Source: Pyrodictium abyssi (GTDB taxonomy: Archaea > Thermoproteota > Thermoprotei_A > Sulfolobales > Pyrodictiaceae). From it: a DNA stretch of 32,000 bases. The position numbers and the translations under genes were made by a program. Shown in pieces: positions 24,182 to 32,000 of the stretch (positions are counted from its first letter, which is position 1; every line of letters begins with the position of its first letter). The notes below the pieces were generated by a model. The model ran no database searches. It was not told the DNA's origin and worked only from the letters and a program-made list of their open reading frames with translations. The stretch lies in NCBI RefSeq assembly GCF_036323395.1, contig NZ_AP028907.1, positions 120,001 to 152,000 of the forward strand. Reading direction: 5' to 3'.

Positions 24182-25363
24182 CTAGGGCTGTAGAGAGTAA
24201 ATCATGACGTAGGCGTAGTGACCCGTGCCACCAACGTTGTTGGCCACAGCCATGCCGTTCTTCACTGGTACTTGGCGGCCCTTGTCGGCCTCGCCGCGCA
24301 GCTGCTTTGCCAGCTCGACCGCCATGCCTACGCCGGTAGCGCCTAGCGGGTGGCCCTTAGCCTTCAGGCCGCCGCTCACGTTCACTGGTATGAGGCCGCC
24401 GATGTATGTCTGGCCTTCGCGTATCAGCTTGTAGCCCTCGCCGGGCTTGGCGAAGCCTAGCTCCTCGTACGTCAGTATCTCCGCTATGGTGAAGGCGTCG
24501 TGAACCTCAGCGGCGTCGAGGTAGCGTGCCGGGTTTTCGGGGTCGATGCCAGCCTTCTTGTAGGCCATCCTGGCTGCTTCCATTACGCCGCGGCGTAGGA
24601 GGAAGTCCGGCCTCCTACTGATATTGGAGGTGTCCGAGGCTGTGCCTATCGCCTTTATCCAGACAGGGGTGTCTGTGAGCTTACGGGCTACCTCCTCGCT
24701 GGCGAGTATGACTGCTGCCGACCCGTCTGTTATGGGGCTGCAGTCGAAGAGCTTGAGGGGCCAGGCTATGTAGCGGGACTGCATGCACTGCTCGAGCGTT
24801 ATCTGCCGGGGGAAGTGCGCCTTGGGGTTCATACTGGCGTAGTAGTGGTTCTTGACCGCTACCCTGCAGAGGTCCTCCTCGGTAGCGCCGTAGCGGGCCA
24901 TGTACGCGGTAGCGTAGAGCGCGTAGTAGCCGGGGAATGTTAGGCCGAAGTTCTCGAACTCCCAGAAGTAGTTGCCGGCACGGCCTATGAGCTCGACAAC
25001 GGTGGGCGTGGGCGACTCGTTCATCTTCTCAACGCCGACCACGAGGACTATGTCGGCTTCGCCGCTCGCAACAATGTCGTGGCCCAGCTTTATGGCAGCG
25101 CTACCTGTGGCGCACGCGGCCTCGACCCTCACGGTGCCGCGGGGGGTGAGCCCCGCGTACTCGTTTATGACCACTGCTGGTAGGGGCTCGCTACTCCATA
25201 CACCGACGTTCCCGTATACGACGTAGTCTATGTCCTCCTGGCCTATACCAGCATCGTCTAGCGCCTGCTTAATGCTCTCCCAAGCGAGCTCCGCGAGGCT
25301 TACGTCGTTACGGTACCCGTACTTGGAGTGACCTACACCAACTATGGCTACTCGGCGGCCCAA
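24182..25363 (-). CDS. Thiolase (SCPx/nsLTP-like, archaeal DUF35-associated type)
   Basis: Nucleophile motif VEAACATGSAAI, a GHPLGATG histidine motif, HDAF, and a C-terminal NNVGGTGH in place of the CxGGG seen in biosynthetic thiolases. The first 31 codons of the longest ORF (to 25456) are Cys/Pro-rich and do not look thiolase-like. A TTG at 25363 gives ...GRRVAIVGVGHSKYG, a typical N-terminus. Confidence 0.9.
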   Translation of the reverse strand: MGRRVAIVGVGHSKYGYRNDVSLAELAWESIKQALDDAGIGQEDIDYVVYGNVGVWSSEPLPAVVINEYAGLTPRGTVRVEAACATGSAAIKLGHDIVASGEADIVLVVGVEKMNESPTPTVVELIGRAGNYFWEFENFGLTFPGYYALYATAYMARYGATEEDLCRVAVKNHYYASMNPKAHFPRQITLEQCMQSRYIAWPLKLFDCSPITDGSAAVILASEEVARKLTDTPVWIKAIGTASDTSNISRRPDFLLRRGVMEAARMAYKKAGIDPENPARYLDAAEVHDAFTIAEILTYEELGFAKPGEGYKLIREGQTYIGGLIPVNVSGGLKAKGHPLGATGVGMAVELAKQLRGEADKGRQVPVKNGMAVANNVGGTGHYAYVMIYSLQP

Positions 25364-25577
25364 GAGGAGCCAACACCCGGGCCCAGTTATAGCCCCGGTA
25401 CACGGGACGGAGGGGCAACGATGCCGGGGCTTAGCCGGGCACCACAGCCCTCCCACACAGTATTAAGCCTAGCTCCTTGACCTGGTGCACCACTAGGACG
25501 AGCCAGCGGATGCCGTTACGCATTCTTATTACTCCCTGATCCAGGCTATTCACCCGTACCTCTGGGGGCAGGAGAAC

Positions 25578-25916
25578 ATGGACTTCGAGTCCCTAAGGAA
25601 AGCCTTCCTAGAAATAGCTGAGAAGGCAAAGGAGAAGATAGGAGACGAAATGAAGACGTGGAGCCGTGTCTTCCAGTTCGTGCTCGATGACGGGACAGAG
25701 TTCTACGTCGAGATCCAGGGCGGCGAGGTATCTGTCCAGCAGGGTCGCCATCCCTCGCCGGTAGCCACACTTGCCACTGACAGCGCTACCCTAGAGAAGA
25801 TACTCCGAGGAGAACTCGACGCCATGGCGGCGTTCATACGCGGAAAGATGCGGATTACTGGTAACGTCCTTGAAACCATCAAGCTCCGCAAGATGCTAGA
25901 AGCTGCTAAAGGCTAA
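25578..25916 (+). CDS. SCP2 (sterol carrier protein 2) domain protein
   Basis: 112 aa. The C-terminal LRGELDAMAAFIRGKMRITGNVLETIKLRKML matches the SCP2 signature region. A GGGGGCAGGAG SD lies upstream. Confidence 0.85.
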   Translation: MDFESLRKAFLEIAEKAKEKIGDEMKTWSRVFQFVLDDGTEFYVEIQGGEVSVQQGRHPSPVATLATDSATLEKILRGELDAMAAFIRGKMRITGNVLETIKLRKMLEAAKG

Positions 25917-25958
25917 GGACGCACTAACGCTCGGCACCCCGTCGTGCACGTGTGGCCG

Positions 25959-26000
25959 GATTTTCGGGTTTTCACTACTCCCCGCACTAGTCCCTGTTTT
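25959..26000 (+). terminator. Oligo-T tracts (TTTT at 25961, 25969 and 25997) downstream of the SCP2 gene
   Basis: Archaeal termination commonly uses short T-runs, and three lie within 85 nt after the stop. This is weak positional evidence only. Confidence 0.3.
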
Positions 26001-26216
26001 GGCGCGGTCTCCTGATTATTATCGCTGCGGCCATGTCTAATATTATCTTACATGAGAAAAACTGAATATTTTCGACTAGCTGACAGAGTAACGGGACAAC
26101 TCACACTCCGCCCAGGCTCCCGATGCACCATCTATATGCTCCCCGTTGGCAGCCCCTGGGCTCAGCCCAACACCCGGGGAGCCCTGGAGCTATACAAGCT
26201 TAGGCAGGGGGTCAGA

Positions 26217-28019
26217 ATGACCGCCTCAACACACAAGTCGTCAGAAGCTCCTGGCCAGCTCCCATCAAGCGAAGAAGTGTTTAAGACGTTCATAGAGGCC
26301 AAGATATGGACCCGCTTCTATGACGAGTACGTCCCCCGCGAGATCAAGATCCCCGAGATACCGCTCTTCAAACTTCTTGACGACGCTGCCGCGGGGTTTC
26401 CGCGGCGTACCGCGTTCATATTCTTCGGGCGCCGTGTATCGTACGAGGAGTTCCAGCGTTCAGCTAACAGCTTCGCACGCGCCCTACGAGAAAACTGGGG
26501 CATCGACCGCGGCGATCGCGTTGCATTATTCCTTCCCAACTCGCCACAATTCGCTATAGCTTTCTATGGAGCCCTAAAGGCGGGTGCTACTGTTACTCCG
26601 GTCAACCCGCTGTATACCGGCTTTGAGCTTGCACGTCAGATACGCAAGAGCCGTGCCAGAATCCTGGTAGCCCTGGACATGTTTAAGGAGAAGGTAGAGG
26701 AAGCCATAAACGAGCATGGAGCACAGCTAGATGCCGTCATCTACACTGGCATAGACGACTACCTACCCTCCCTCCTCGGCATACTCTATAGGCTTAAGGA
26801 GAAGAAGCCGAAGATACGCTACGACGGCAAAAGAATCGTTAAGTTCAAGGACCTTGTCAAGAGCTATGAGCCGCAGCCGCCCAGCGTCAAGATAGACCCG
26901 AAGGAGGATCTTGCAGCGCTAATGTTTACCGGCGGCACAACCGGCCTCCCTAAGGGCACCATGCTGACGCACTACAACCTTGTGGCCAATGTGCACCAGA
27001 TAGACGCGTGGTGGCACACGGGTAGGAAAGGAGAGGACGTTATGGTGGGCGTGCTTCCCTGGTTCCACATCTACGGGCAGACCGCCGTGCTGCACACGGG
27101 TGTATTCCGCGCCGCCACTATCCTGGTCTACCCGAGGTTCGACCTTGACAGGATACTGAAGGACATAGAGAAGTACAAGCCAAACATATTCCATGGCGTC
27201 CCGACGATATACTCCAAGATAGTGAGCCGGCCAGACATAACAAAGTACAACCTGCGGAGCATAGAGGTGTGTATAAGCGGTGCCGGCGCATTACCAAAGG
27301 CCGTCGCGGAGAAGTTCGAGAAGCTTACGGGCGCTAAGCTTCGCGAGGGCTACGGGCTAACAGAGACAAGCCCCGTGACACACATCAACCCGATATACGG
27401 GAAGCACAAGATAGGCAGTATAGGTGTGCCCGTACCGAATACCTTGGCAGCTATCGCGGACCCCGAGAAGCCGGTACTACTCCCACCAGGCGAGATAGGC
27501 GAGATAGTGATCAGCGGCCCCCAGGTCATGAAGGGCTACCTGGACATGGACGAGGAGAACAAGCGCGTGTTCTTCGAGTGCTGTGGCCGCCGCTGGCTAC
27601 GCACCGGCGACATAGGCTACATGGACGAGGAAGGCTTCTTCTTCATAGTGGATAGGAAGAAGGATGTGATCAAGTACAAGGGCTACAGCGTATACCCGAG
27701 AGAGATCGAGGAGGTACTATACATGCACGACTGTGTGACCGACGCCGCAGTGATAGGTGTACCACACCCGCACGTAGGCGAGAGAATCAAAGCGTTCGTC
27801 ACGCTAAAGCCAGAGTGCAGGGGGAGGATAAAGCCCGAGGACATAATAGAGTTCGCACGCAAGCATCTAGCGCCGTATAAGGTGCCCAAGGAGGTAGAGA
27901 TACGCGAGGAGCTGCCCAAGAGCGCGGTCGGAAAAATACTCCGCCGTATACTACGCGAGGAGGAGCTGAAGAAGCTACAGGCGAGCGAGCCACGCCACAC
28001 AGGGGCCAGGCAGCCCTGA
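26217..28019 (+). CDS. Long/medium-chain fatty-acid--CoA ligase (AMP-forming)
   Basis: MFTGGTTGLPKGTMLTH (AMP-binding), GYGLTET, TGDIGYMDEEGFFFIVDRKKD and PKSAVGKILRR motifs. The longest ORF starts at 26052, but its first 55 codons are A/T-ending and atypical. The ATG at 26217 is preceded by GGGGGT. Confidence 0.9.
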   Translation: MTASTHKSSEAPGQLPSSEEVFKTFIEAKIWTRFYDEYVPREIKIPEIPLFKLLDDAAAGFPRRTAFIFFGRRVSYEEFQRSANSFARALRENWGIDRGDRVALFLPNSPQFAIAFYGALKAGATVTPVNPLYTGFELARQIRKSRARILVALDMFKEKVEEAINEHGAQLDAVIYTGIDDYLPSLLGILYRLKEKKPKIRYDGKRIVKFKDLVKSYEPQPPSVKIDPKEDLAALMFTGGTTGLPKGTMLTHYNLVANVHQIDAWWHTGRKGEDVMVGVLPWFHIYGQTAVLHTGVFRAATILVYPRFDLDRILKDIEKYKPNIFHGVPTIYSKIVSRPDITKYNLRSIEVCISGAGALPKAVAEKFEKLTGAKLREGYGLTETSPVTHINPIYGKHKIGSIGVPVPNTLAAIADPEKPVLLPPGEIGEIVISGPQVMKGYLDMDEENKRVFFECCGRRWLRTGDIGYMDEEGFFFIVDRKKDVIKYKGYSVYPREIEEVLYMHDCVTDAAVIGVPHPHVGERIKAFVTLKPECRGRIKPEDIIEFARKHLAPYKVPKEVEIREELPKSAVGKILRRILREEELKKLQASEPRHTGARQP

Positions 28020-28260
28020 CCCCCGATGAGGCTCTATGCCTTGTTTCTGGGCCTCTTTCCCTGCCGATCGGTCATCACATACATCGTTGCATACACCTCT
28101 TAACCCCAGGGCACTAGTTGCTGGCAGCAATTAGCCCCCAGGCTTGGCCTTAGTGGTTGTTTGGGTACCCTTAGTCCACGTCTCCGTAGAATTGGGGACG
28201 AGGGTGCATAGAAGGATGCAAAACTAGATGAGGCCAGGAATAGGGGTAGAGGGTAGAACG

Positions 28261-29190
28261 TTACTTGCCTAGTTTCTCGCGTAGCTTCTTTATCAGTATC
28301 GGTAGGAACTTGTAGAGGTCTGCTACAACGCCGTAGTCGGCGTACTGGAATATTGGCGCATTCTTATCCTTGTTGATTGCCACTATTATCTTGCTGTCTA
28401 GTGTAGCCGCCATGTGCTGTGACGCGCCGGAGATGCCTATTGCTATGTATAGTTTTGGCTTTATCTTCTTACCTGATATCCCTATCCATCTATCCTCGCT
28501 GAGCCAGCCGTAGTCGGCGACTACGGGCCTGGAGCCGCCCACTACGCCGCCGAGTATCTGGGCTAGCTCCTCCGCCATAGCTAGGTCCTCCTTCTTGCGG
28601 AAGCCGCGGCCGACGCCCACAACTACCTCCGCCGCCTCTATGTTCACTGCTTCGTGCTTCTTTGGCTCTACAGCTGTTACCTTTATCCTGGGCTCCGGGG
28701 CCTCTATCTCGACAGTCTCTGCGCCTGTGTCGCCAGAGTAGCTGTATACCCCTGCAGGTATTGCCACTATTGCTGGTAGCTGTGAGGATATCCGCGCTAT
28801 AGCGCGGCCGCCCAGCACTTGGCGCTTCACTGTTATCTTGTCTTCGGCGAGCTCTACTACCGTGGCCTCTGTGAACATTGGGATCTTCTTCCATGCTGCC
28901 AGCCTCGCACCTGCGTCAACATTGTTCTTGGCTGCTACTGCTGCGACTAGGCTTGGCCGTAGCTCGTCGTAGAGCTTTACTAGTGTTTCTGCTAGCTGGT
29001 CAGGTGTAGGCTTCTCTGCTGCTGCCACGTAGACGCGCTTGAATGCCTTGAAGCTGTTCTTCTTGACCTCATCTGGGCTCCCGAAGACTAGTACATAGGC
29101 CTCTAGGCCATGCTTCTCAGCGAACCCGGCTAGCTCGGGTAGCTGGCTAGGCTTCTCCGCGTAGAGGAGAGCGCGCATCATCGCGGACAC
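28261..29190 (-). CDS. etfA: Electron transfer flavoprotein alpha subunit
   Basis: 309 aa with the C-terminal FAD-binding region PKLYIAIGISGASQHMAA. The gene starts 7 nt after the etfB stop. Confidence 0.9.
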   Translation of the reverse strand: MSAMMRALLYAEKPSQLPELAGFAEKHGLEAYVLVFGSPDEVKKNSFKAFKRVYVAAAEKPTPDQLAETLVKLYDELRPSLVAAVAAKNNVDAGARLAAWKKIPMFTEATVVELAEDKITVKRQVLGGRAIARISSQLPAIVAIPAGVYSYSGDTGAETVEIEAPEPRIKVTAVEPKKHEAVNIEAAEVVVGVGRGFRKKEDLAMAEELAQILGGVVGGSRPVVADYGWLSEDRWIGISGKKIKPKLYIAIGISGASQHMAATLDSKIIVAINKDKNAPIFQYADYGVVADLYKFLPILIKKLREKLGK

Positions 29191-29197
29191 CAGCCCT

Positions 29198-30016
29198 CTA
29201 GGCCTTTATGACACCCTCCTTTATGAGGGCGTCTATGAGCTTCTCGGCTATCTCCTCTAGGCTCTCGCCCTCTATTATGATGTTCTTGCGCTGGACAGCC
29301 ACGACGCGTAGCTCTTCTAGGCTAGGCTTGCCCGGCAGCTCGGCGCCGATGTCGGCGAGGCTGTACTTCTTGACTGGCTTGCGGAAGGCGCGGCGTATCT
29401 GTATGAGGGTTGGTATACGTGGCTTGTTTATCTCGCCCGTCACGCTCACTACAGCAGGCGTTGCGGCCTCGACGGTCTCTAGCCGGTCCTCTAGGTCGCG
29501 CTTAACCTTGACGACGCCGTCAGCATACTCGAGCTCTCTAGCATAGCTGATGAACGGTATTCCTAGTATTGCCGCTACCCGGGCACCGACCTGCGAGGAC
29601 ATCATGTCCATCGCGGCTTCGCCGGTTAGGTATAGGTCGAAGCCGCCGAGCTTCTGGAGCAGGGATGCAAGGGCTGCAGCAGTAGCGCCTGGGTCGCCTG
29701 GTATAAGAGCCTCGTCAACTATAACATGGGCCTCGTCTGCGCCCATTGCGAGTGCTTCACGTACTACTTGCTCGATTTCGCGGCTCCTCTTGGCGAGTGG
29801 GCCCCAGGTGAGGGCCGACACCACTACCACTTTTCCTCCATGCTTATCACGTAGCTGTATAGCCGCCTCTACTGCGTTCTTGTCGTACTCGCTTATAGCT
29901 AGGGGCGTATTGTCTACGTCTACTTCCCTGCTGGCCTTAGACCTTAGCATGTTTGGGTCGAGGGACGCCTTGACGAGGACAGCTATGTTGAGCGGCAAGG
30001 GGTTGTCTACCTCCAC
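29198..30016 (-). CDS. etfB: Electron transfer flavoprotein beta subunit
   Basis: 272 aa. It begins ...NIAVLVKASLDP and has typical ETF-beta layout. The start is either the GTG at 30016 or the TTG at 29998. Confidence 0.9.
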   Translation of the reverse strand: MEVDNPLPLNIAVLVKASLDPNMLRSKASREVDVDNTPLAISEYDKNAVEAAIQLRDKHGGKVVVVSALTWGPLAKRSREIEQVVREALAMGADEAHVIVDEALIPGDPGATAAALASLLQKLGGFDLYLTGEAAMDMMSSQVGARVAAILGIPFISYARELEYADGVVKVKRDLEDRLETVEAATPAVVSVTGEINKPRIPTLIQIRRAFRKPVKKYSLADIGAELPGKPSLEELRVVAVQRKNIIIEGESLEEIAEKLIDALIKEGVIKA

Positions 30017-30139
30017 ACCCCCTAAGACCTTGGAGCTGTTCTGGACTATCTATGTAGCTGAATTGGGTAGTAACGCAGCGGTTTCTGTGGCCAAGCGGGC
30101 ACCCCGGCACAGGGAGCAAAAAGACTTGTGCTATAGGGC

Positions 30140-31939
30140 TTAGCTCTTCTTCTCGCCTAGGCTCTCAGCGAGCAATTCGGCTATATCCTTCACCTCTACC
30201 TCGTAGTCTGGGGCCTCCGCTGAGAGCATCGTGTTGCAGAACGGGCACGCTACTGCTACTACCCGTGCTCCCGTGGACACAGCCTCCTCCATGCGGACGC
30301 GGCTCGGGCGCTTGCCTATCTTTATGTCGTAGAATACCCCGCCACCGCCGCCGCCGCAGCAGAAGCTCCTCCACCGGTTCCTCGGCATCTCAGCGACCTC
30401 CTCTACTGCCGCTGAGAGCACCTTCCTGGGCTCCTCGTAGAGGCCGTTCCAGCGGCCAAGGTAGCAAGGATCGTGGTAAGTGGCCTTCAGCTTTAGCCTA
30501 GCCTTCGGCTTCACCCTACCCTCCTCTACTAGGCGTGCTAGCAGCACTGAGTGATGGACTACATCCACCTTTACACCGTACCTCGGGTACTCGCGGCTGA
30601 ACACGTTAAAGCCGTGGGGGCACGTCACTAGCAGCTGCCTGAACCGTAGGCGGGATAGTAGCTCGGTGTTCTGCTTTACGAACTCGGCGAACATCAGCTC
30701 GTCGCCGATGCGGCGGGCTGGCTCGCCGCAGCACTGCTGCTCCAGGGAGACTGCTACCCTCAGCCCTGCGCTCTTTAGTACCCGGAGGAGCGCCTCTACT
30801 GTGCCGCGTAGCCTAGGATCGTAGGCCGCGGCGCAGCCGACCCAGAGGAGGTAGTCGTACTCCTCGCCCTCGCGGGCCTCCTCTACGAGTCCCTGCTCTA
30901 TTAGGCTGCTTAGCCACTCTTCCTTCTCTAACGGGTTAGCGCCGTAGGGGTTCCCGCTGCGCATTAGGTTGTAGCTTACCTGTAGCAGCTCGTCGGGCAC
31001 GTGCTCGCCGCGCGATACTAGGCCGCGGCGTAGGTCTAGCACAGTCTCGACGTGGTGTATAAGCACGGGGCAGTTGTATACGCACGCGCCGCAGGTGACA
31101 CAGCTCCACACTACGTCCGGCTCTACTATTAATGGTACCAGCTCCTCGTCCCACTTACCCTGCCTCATAGCCTCCCGGAGCTTTAGCACGAGATTCATCG
31201 GCGATAGTGGCCTACCGGTGGCCACTGCAGGGCACGCATTGTGGCACCGCGCGCAGCGGGTACACGCGTCGTAGTCCATCCGCTGTTTCCACGAGGTATC
31301 CATCAGTGTTACTACTCCGAAGGTTTTGCCCTCCTCGACTAGCTTCTCAACGTCCGGCACTGGCTTGAAGGCTGCTGGGTGCTCCAGCCTAGCGTAGAAT
31401 GTGTTGAAGAACCCGCTGACGATTATGTGGGCTAGCTTCGTGCCAGGTATGGTTACCAGCAGCAATACGCTGATGACGAGATGCACTACGCGCACTATGC
31501 TGTAGAGCGCGAGGAACCCGGCCGGAGTCAGGCCCTCGAGTAGCGGCGATAGAAGTCTACCGGAGACATCCCACCACGGTATCCCGGCTGGTAGGTGAGC
31601 AGTAGCGGTGGCTGCGTCCAGCACCGCGCCGGTGACCACCACTGCTGCCAGCCATAGGAGCACCAGCTTGTCCTCAGGGCGTGACGGTAGGCCCGGTGTA
31701 AGCCCAGCTGCACGCCTAGCCCCCGCGGCCACTATGCCGGCTAGCAGTAGTATTCCGCCAATGTTTACAAGCACGCGGAATACCGTGAACACGTCTCCGC
31801 TAGGATACCTCGTAGCGGGCGCGTCAAGGATGTAGATTACTCCGGCCGCTGAGAGGAGCACCGCGCCCAGGTATATCAGGAGGTGTACCGCTCCTCCACG
31901 CTTATCGCGTAGAACACGTGCCTGGAGAACACCGGCCAC
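30140..31939 (-). CDS. Membrane-anchored Fe-S oxidoreductase: N-terminal 4-5 TM His-containing domain + 2x[4Fe-4S] + 2xCCG (HdrD/GlpC-like); candidate ETF:quinone oxidoreductase
   Basis: 599 aa. TM helices with His residues (VHLLIY, VVHLVISV, KLAHIIV). Ferredoxin motifs CTRCARCHNACP and CVTCGACVYNCP. CCG-type cysteine motifs (QQCCGEP...CPHG, SFCCGGGGG...CPFC). It lies immediately upstream of etfBA on the same strand. Confidence 0.85.
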   Translation of the reverse strand: MAGVLQARVLRDKRGGAVHLLIYLGAVLLSAAGVIYILDAPATRYPSGDVFTVFRVLVNIGGILLLAGIVAAGARRAAGLTPGLPSRPEDKLVLLWLAAVVVTGAVLDAATATAHLPAGIPWWDVSGRLLSPLLEGLTPAGFLALYSIVRVVHLVISVLLLVTIPGTKLAHIIVSGFFNTFYARLEHPAAFKPVPDVEKLVEEGKTFGVVTLMDTSWKQRMDYDACTRCARCHNACPAVATGRPLSPMNLVLKLREAMRQGKWDEELVPLIVEPDVVWSCVTCGACVYNCPVLIHHVETVLDLRRGLVSRGEHVPDELLQVSYNLMRSGNPYGANPLEKEEWLSSLIEQGLVEEAREGEEYDYLLWVGCAAAYDPRLRGTVEALLRVLKSAGLRVAVSLEQQCCGEPARRIGDELMFAEFVKQNTELLSRLRFRQLLVTCPHGFNVFSREYPRYGVKVDVVHHSVLLARLVEEGRVKPKARLKLKATYHDPCYLGRWNGLYEEPRKVLSAAVEEVAEMPRNRWRSFCCGGGGGGVFYDIKIGKRPSRVRMEEAVSTGARVVAVACPFCNTMLSAEAPDYEVEVKDIAELLAESLGEKKS

Positions 31940-32000
31940 TACGAAGTTCCTCAGACGCGTGGCTAACGCGTCAAGGGACAGTCTTTGCCCGCCATGTGTC

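Noticed and set aside
25364-25456. N-terminal extensions in the longest ORFs of the thiolase gene (to 25456), the synthetase gene (from 26052), the CBS protein gene (to 12153) and hypC (to 5480), considered as genuine extra domains or signal sequences.
   Set aside because: The extensions are compositionally atypical, overlap TATA-like boxes, and are absent from the family N-termini I know. Internal starts give canonical N-termini (MCLGIP for HypC, RRVAIVGVG for the thiolase).
28072-28078. C/D-box sRNA candidates: GTGATGA on the minus strand here, and CTGATGA at ~1115-1121 (plus strand) and ~1048-1054 (minus strand).
   Set aside because: I found no CUGA D or D' box at the required ~12-nt guide spacing and no terminal stem. 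A single C-box-like heptamer is expected by chance.
28025-28234. MITE hypothesis: an 8-bp direct repeat GATGAGGC flanking ~200 bp, with TCTATGC/GCATAGA as possible terminal inverted repeats.
   Set aside because: The right-hand inverted-repeat copy is 13 nt away from the direct repeat, the TIR is only 7 bp, and a single 8-mer recurrence in 240 bp is not compelling. It is kept only as a low-interest note within the spacer finding.
1-32000. Scan for CRISPR arrays, rRNA or tRNA genes, transposases, integrases and long terminal or inverted repeats.
   Set aside because: I found none. The only repeats are 8-17-bp palindromes and 2-4-copy short tandem or direct repeats, which are far too short and few for CRISPR or IS elements.

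Overview
This is a GC-rich (about 60% by eye), densely coding prokaryotic window. I read it as a chromosomal segment of a hyperthermophilic crenarchaeon. That is an inference from four things: AGG/AGA/ATA-rich codon usage in a GC-rich background, A/T-rich TATA-like boxes 25-40 nt upstream of start codons, many GTG/TTG starts, and archaeal-type fusions such as N-terminal hydroxyacyl-CoA dehydrogenase plus C-terminal enoyl-CoA hydratase. The window falls into four blocks. (1) 0-6.8 kb holds a hemerythrin-fusion protein, an orphan gene and the NiFe-hydrogenase maturation genes hypD-hypC-hypE-hypF on the minus strand. (2) 7-16.4 kb holds miscellaneous core genes: an MBL hydrolase, a LysE-like exporter, pdxS-pdxT, a 4xCBS+RAM sensor protein, a BadF-type ATPase, an M55/DppA peptidase and a CaCA-like antiporter. 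(3) 14.4-20 kb is an accessory-looking patch, overlapping block 2 because the antiporter lies inside it. It contains a fused HEPN(DUF86)-MNT protein, a truncated archaeal-ATPase remnant, a lower-GC minimal nucleotidyltransferase gene broken by two compensating frameshifts and translationally coupled to an orphan 116-aa ORF, a secreted orphan protein and a Get3/ArsA-like ATPase. (4) 20.1-31.9 kb is a self-contained fatty-acid beta-oxidation supercluster. Its genes are an HBD/ECH fusion, an acyl-CoA dehydrogenase, a DUF35 protein, a thiolase, SCP2, an acyl-CoA synthetase, etfBA and a membrane HdrD-like Fe-S oxidoreductase. I recognised no rRNA, tRNA, CRISPR array, transposase or integrase. Several intergenic regions carry perfect palindromes or short tandem or direct repeats positioned around TATA-like boxes. 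All functional calls rest on motif recognition by eye; no database search was run.
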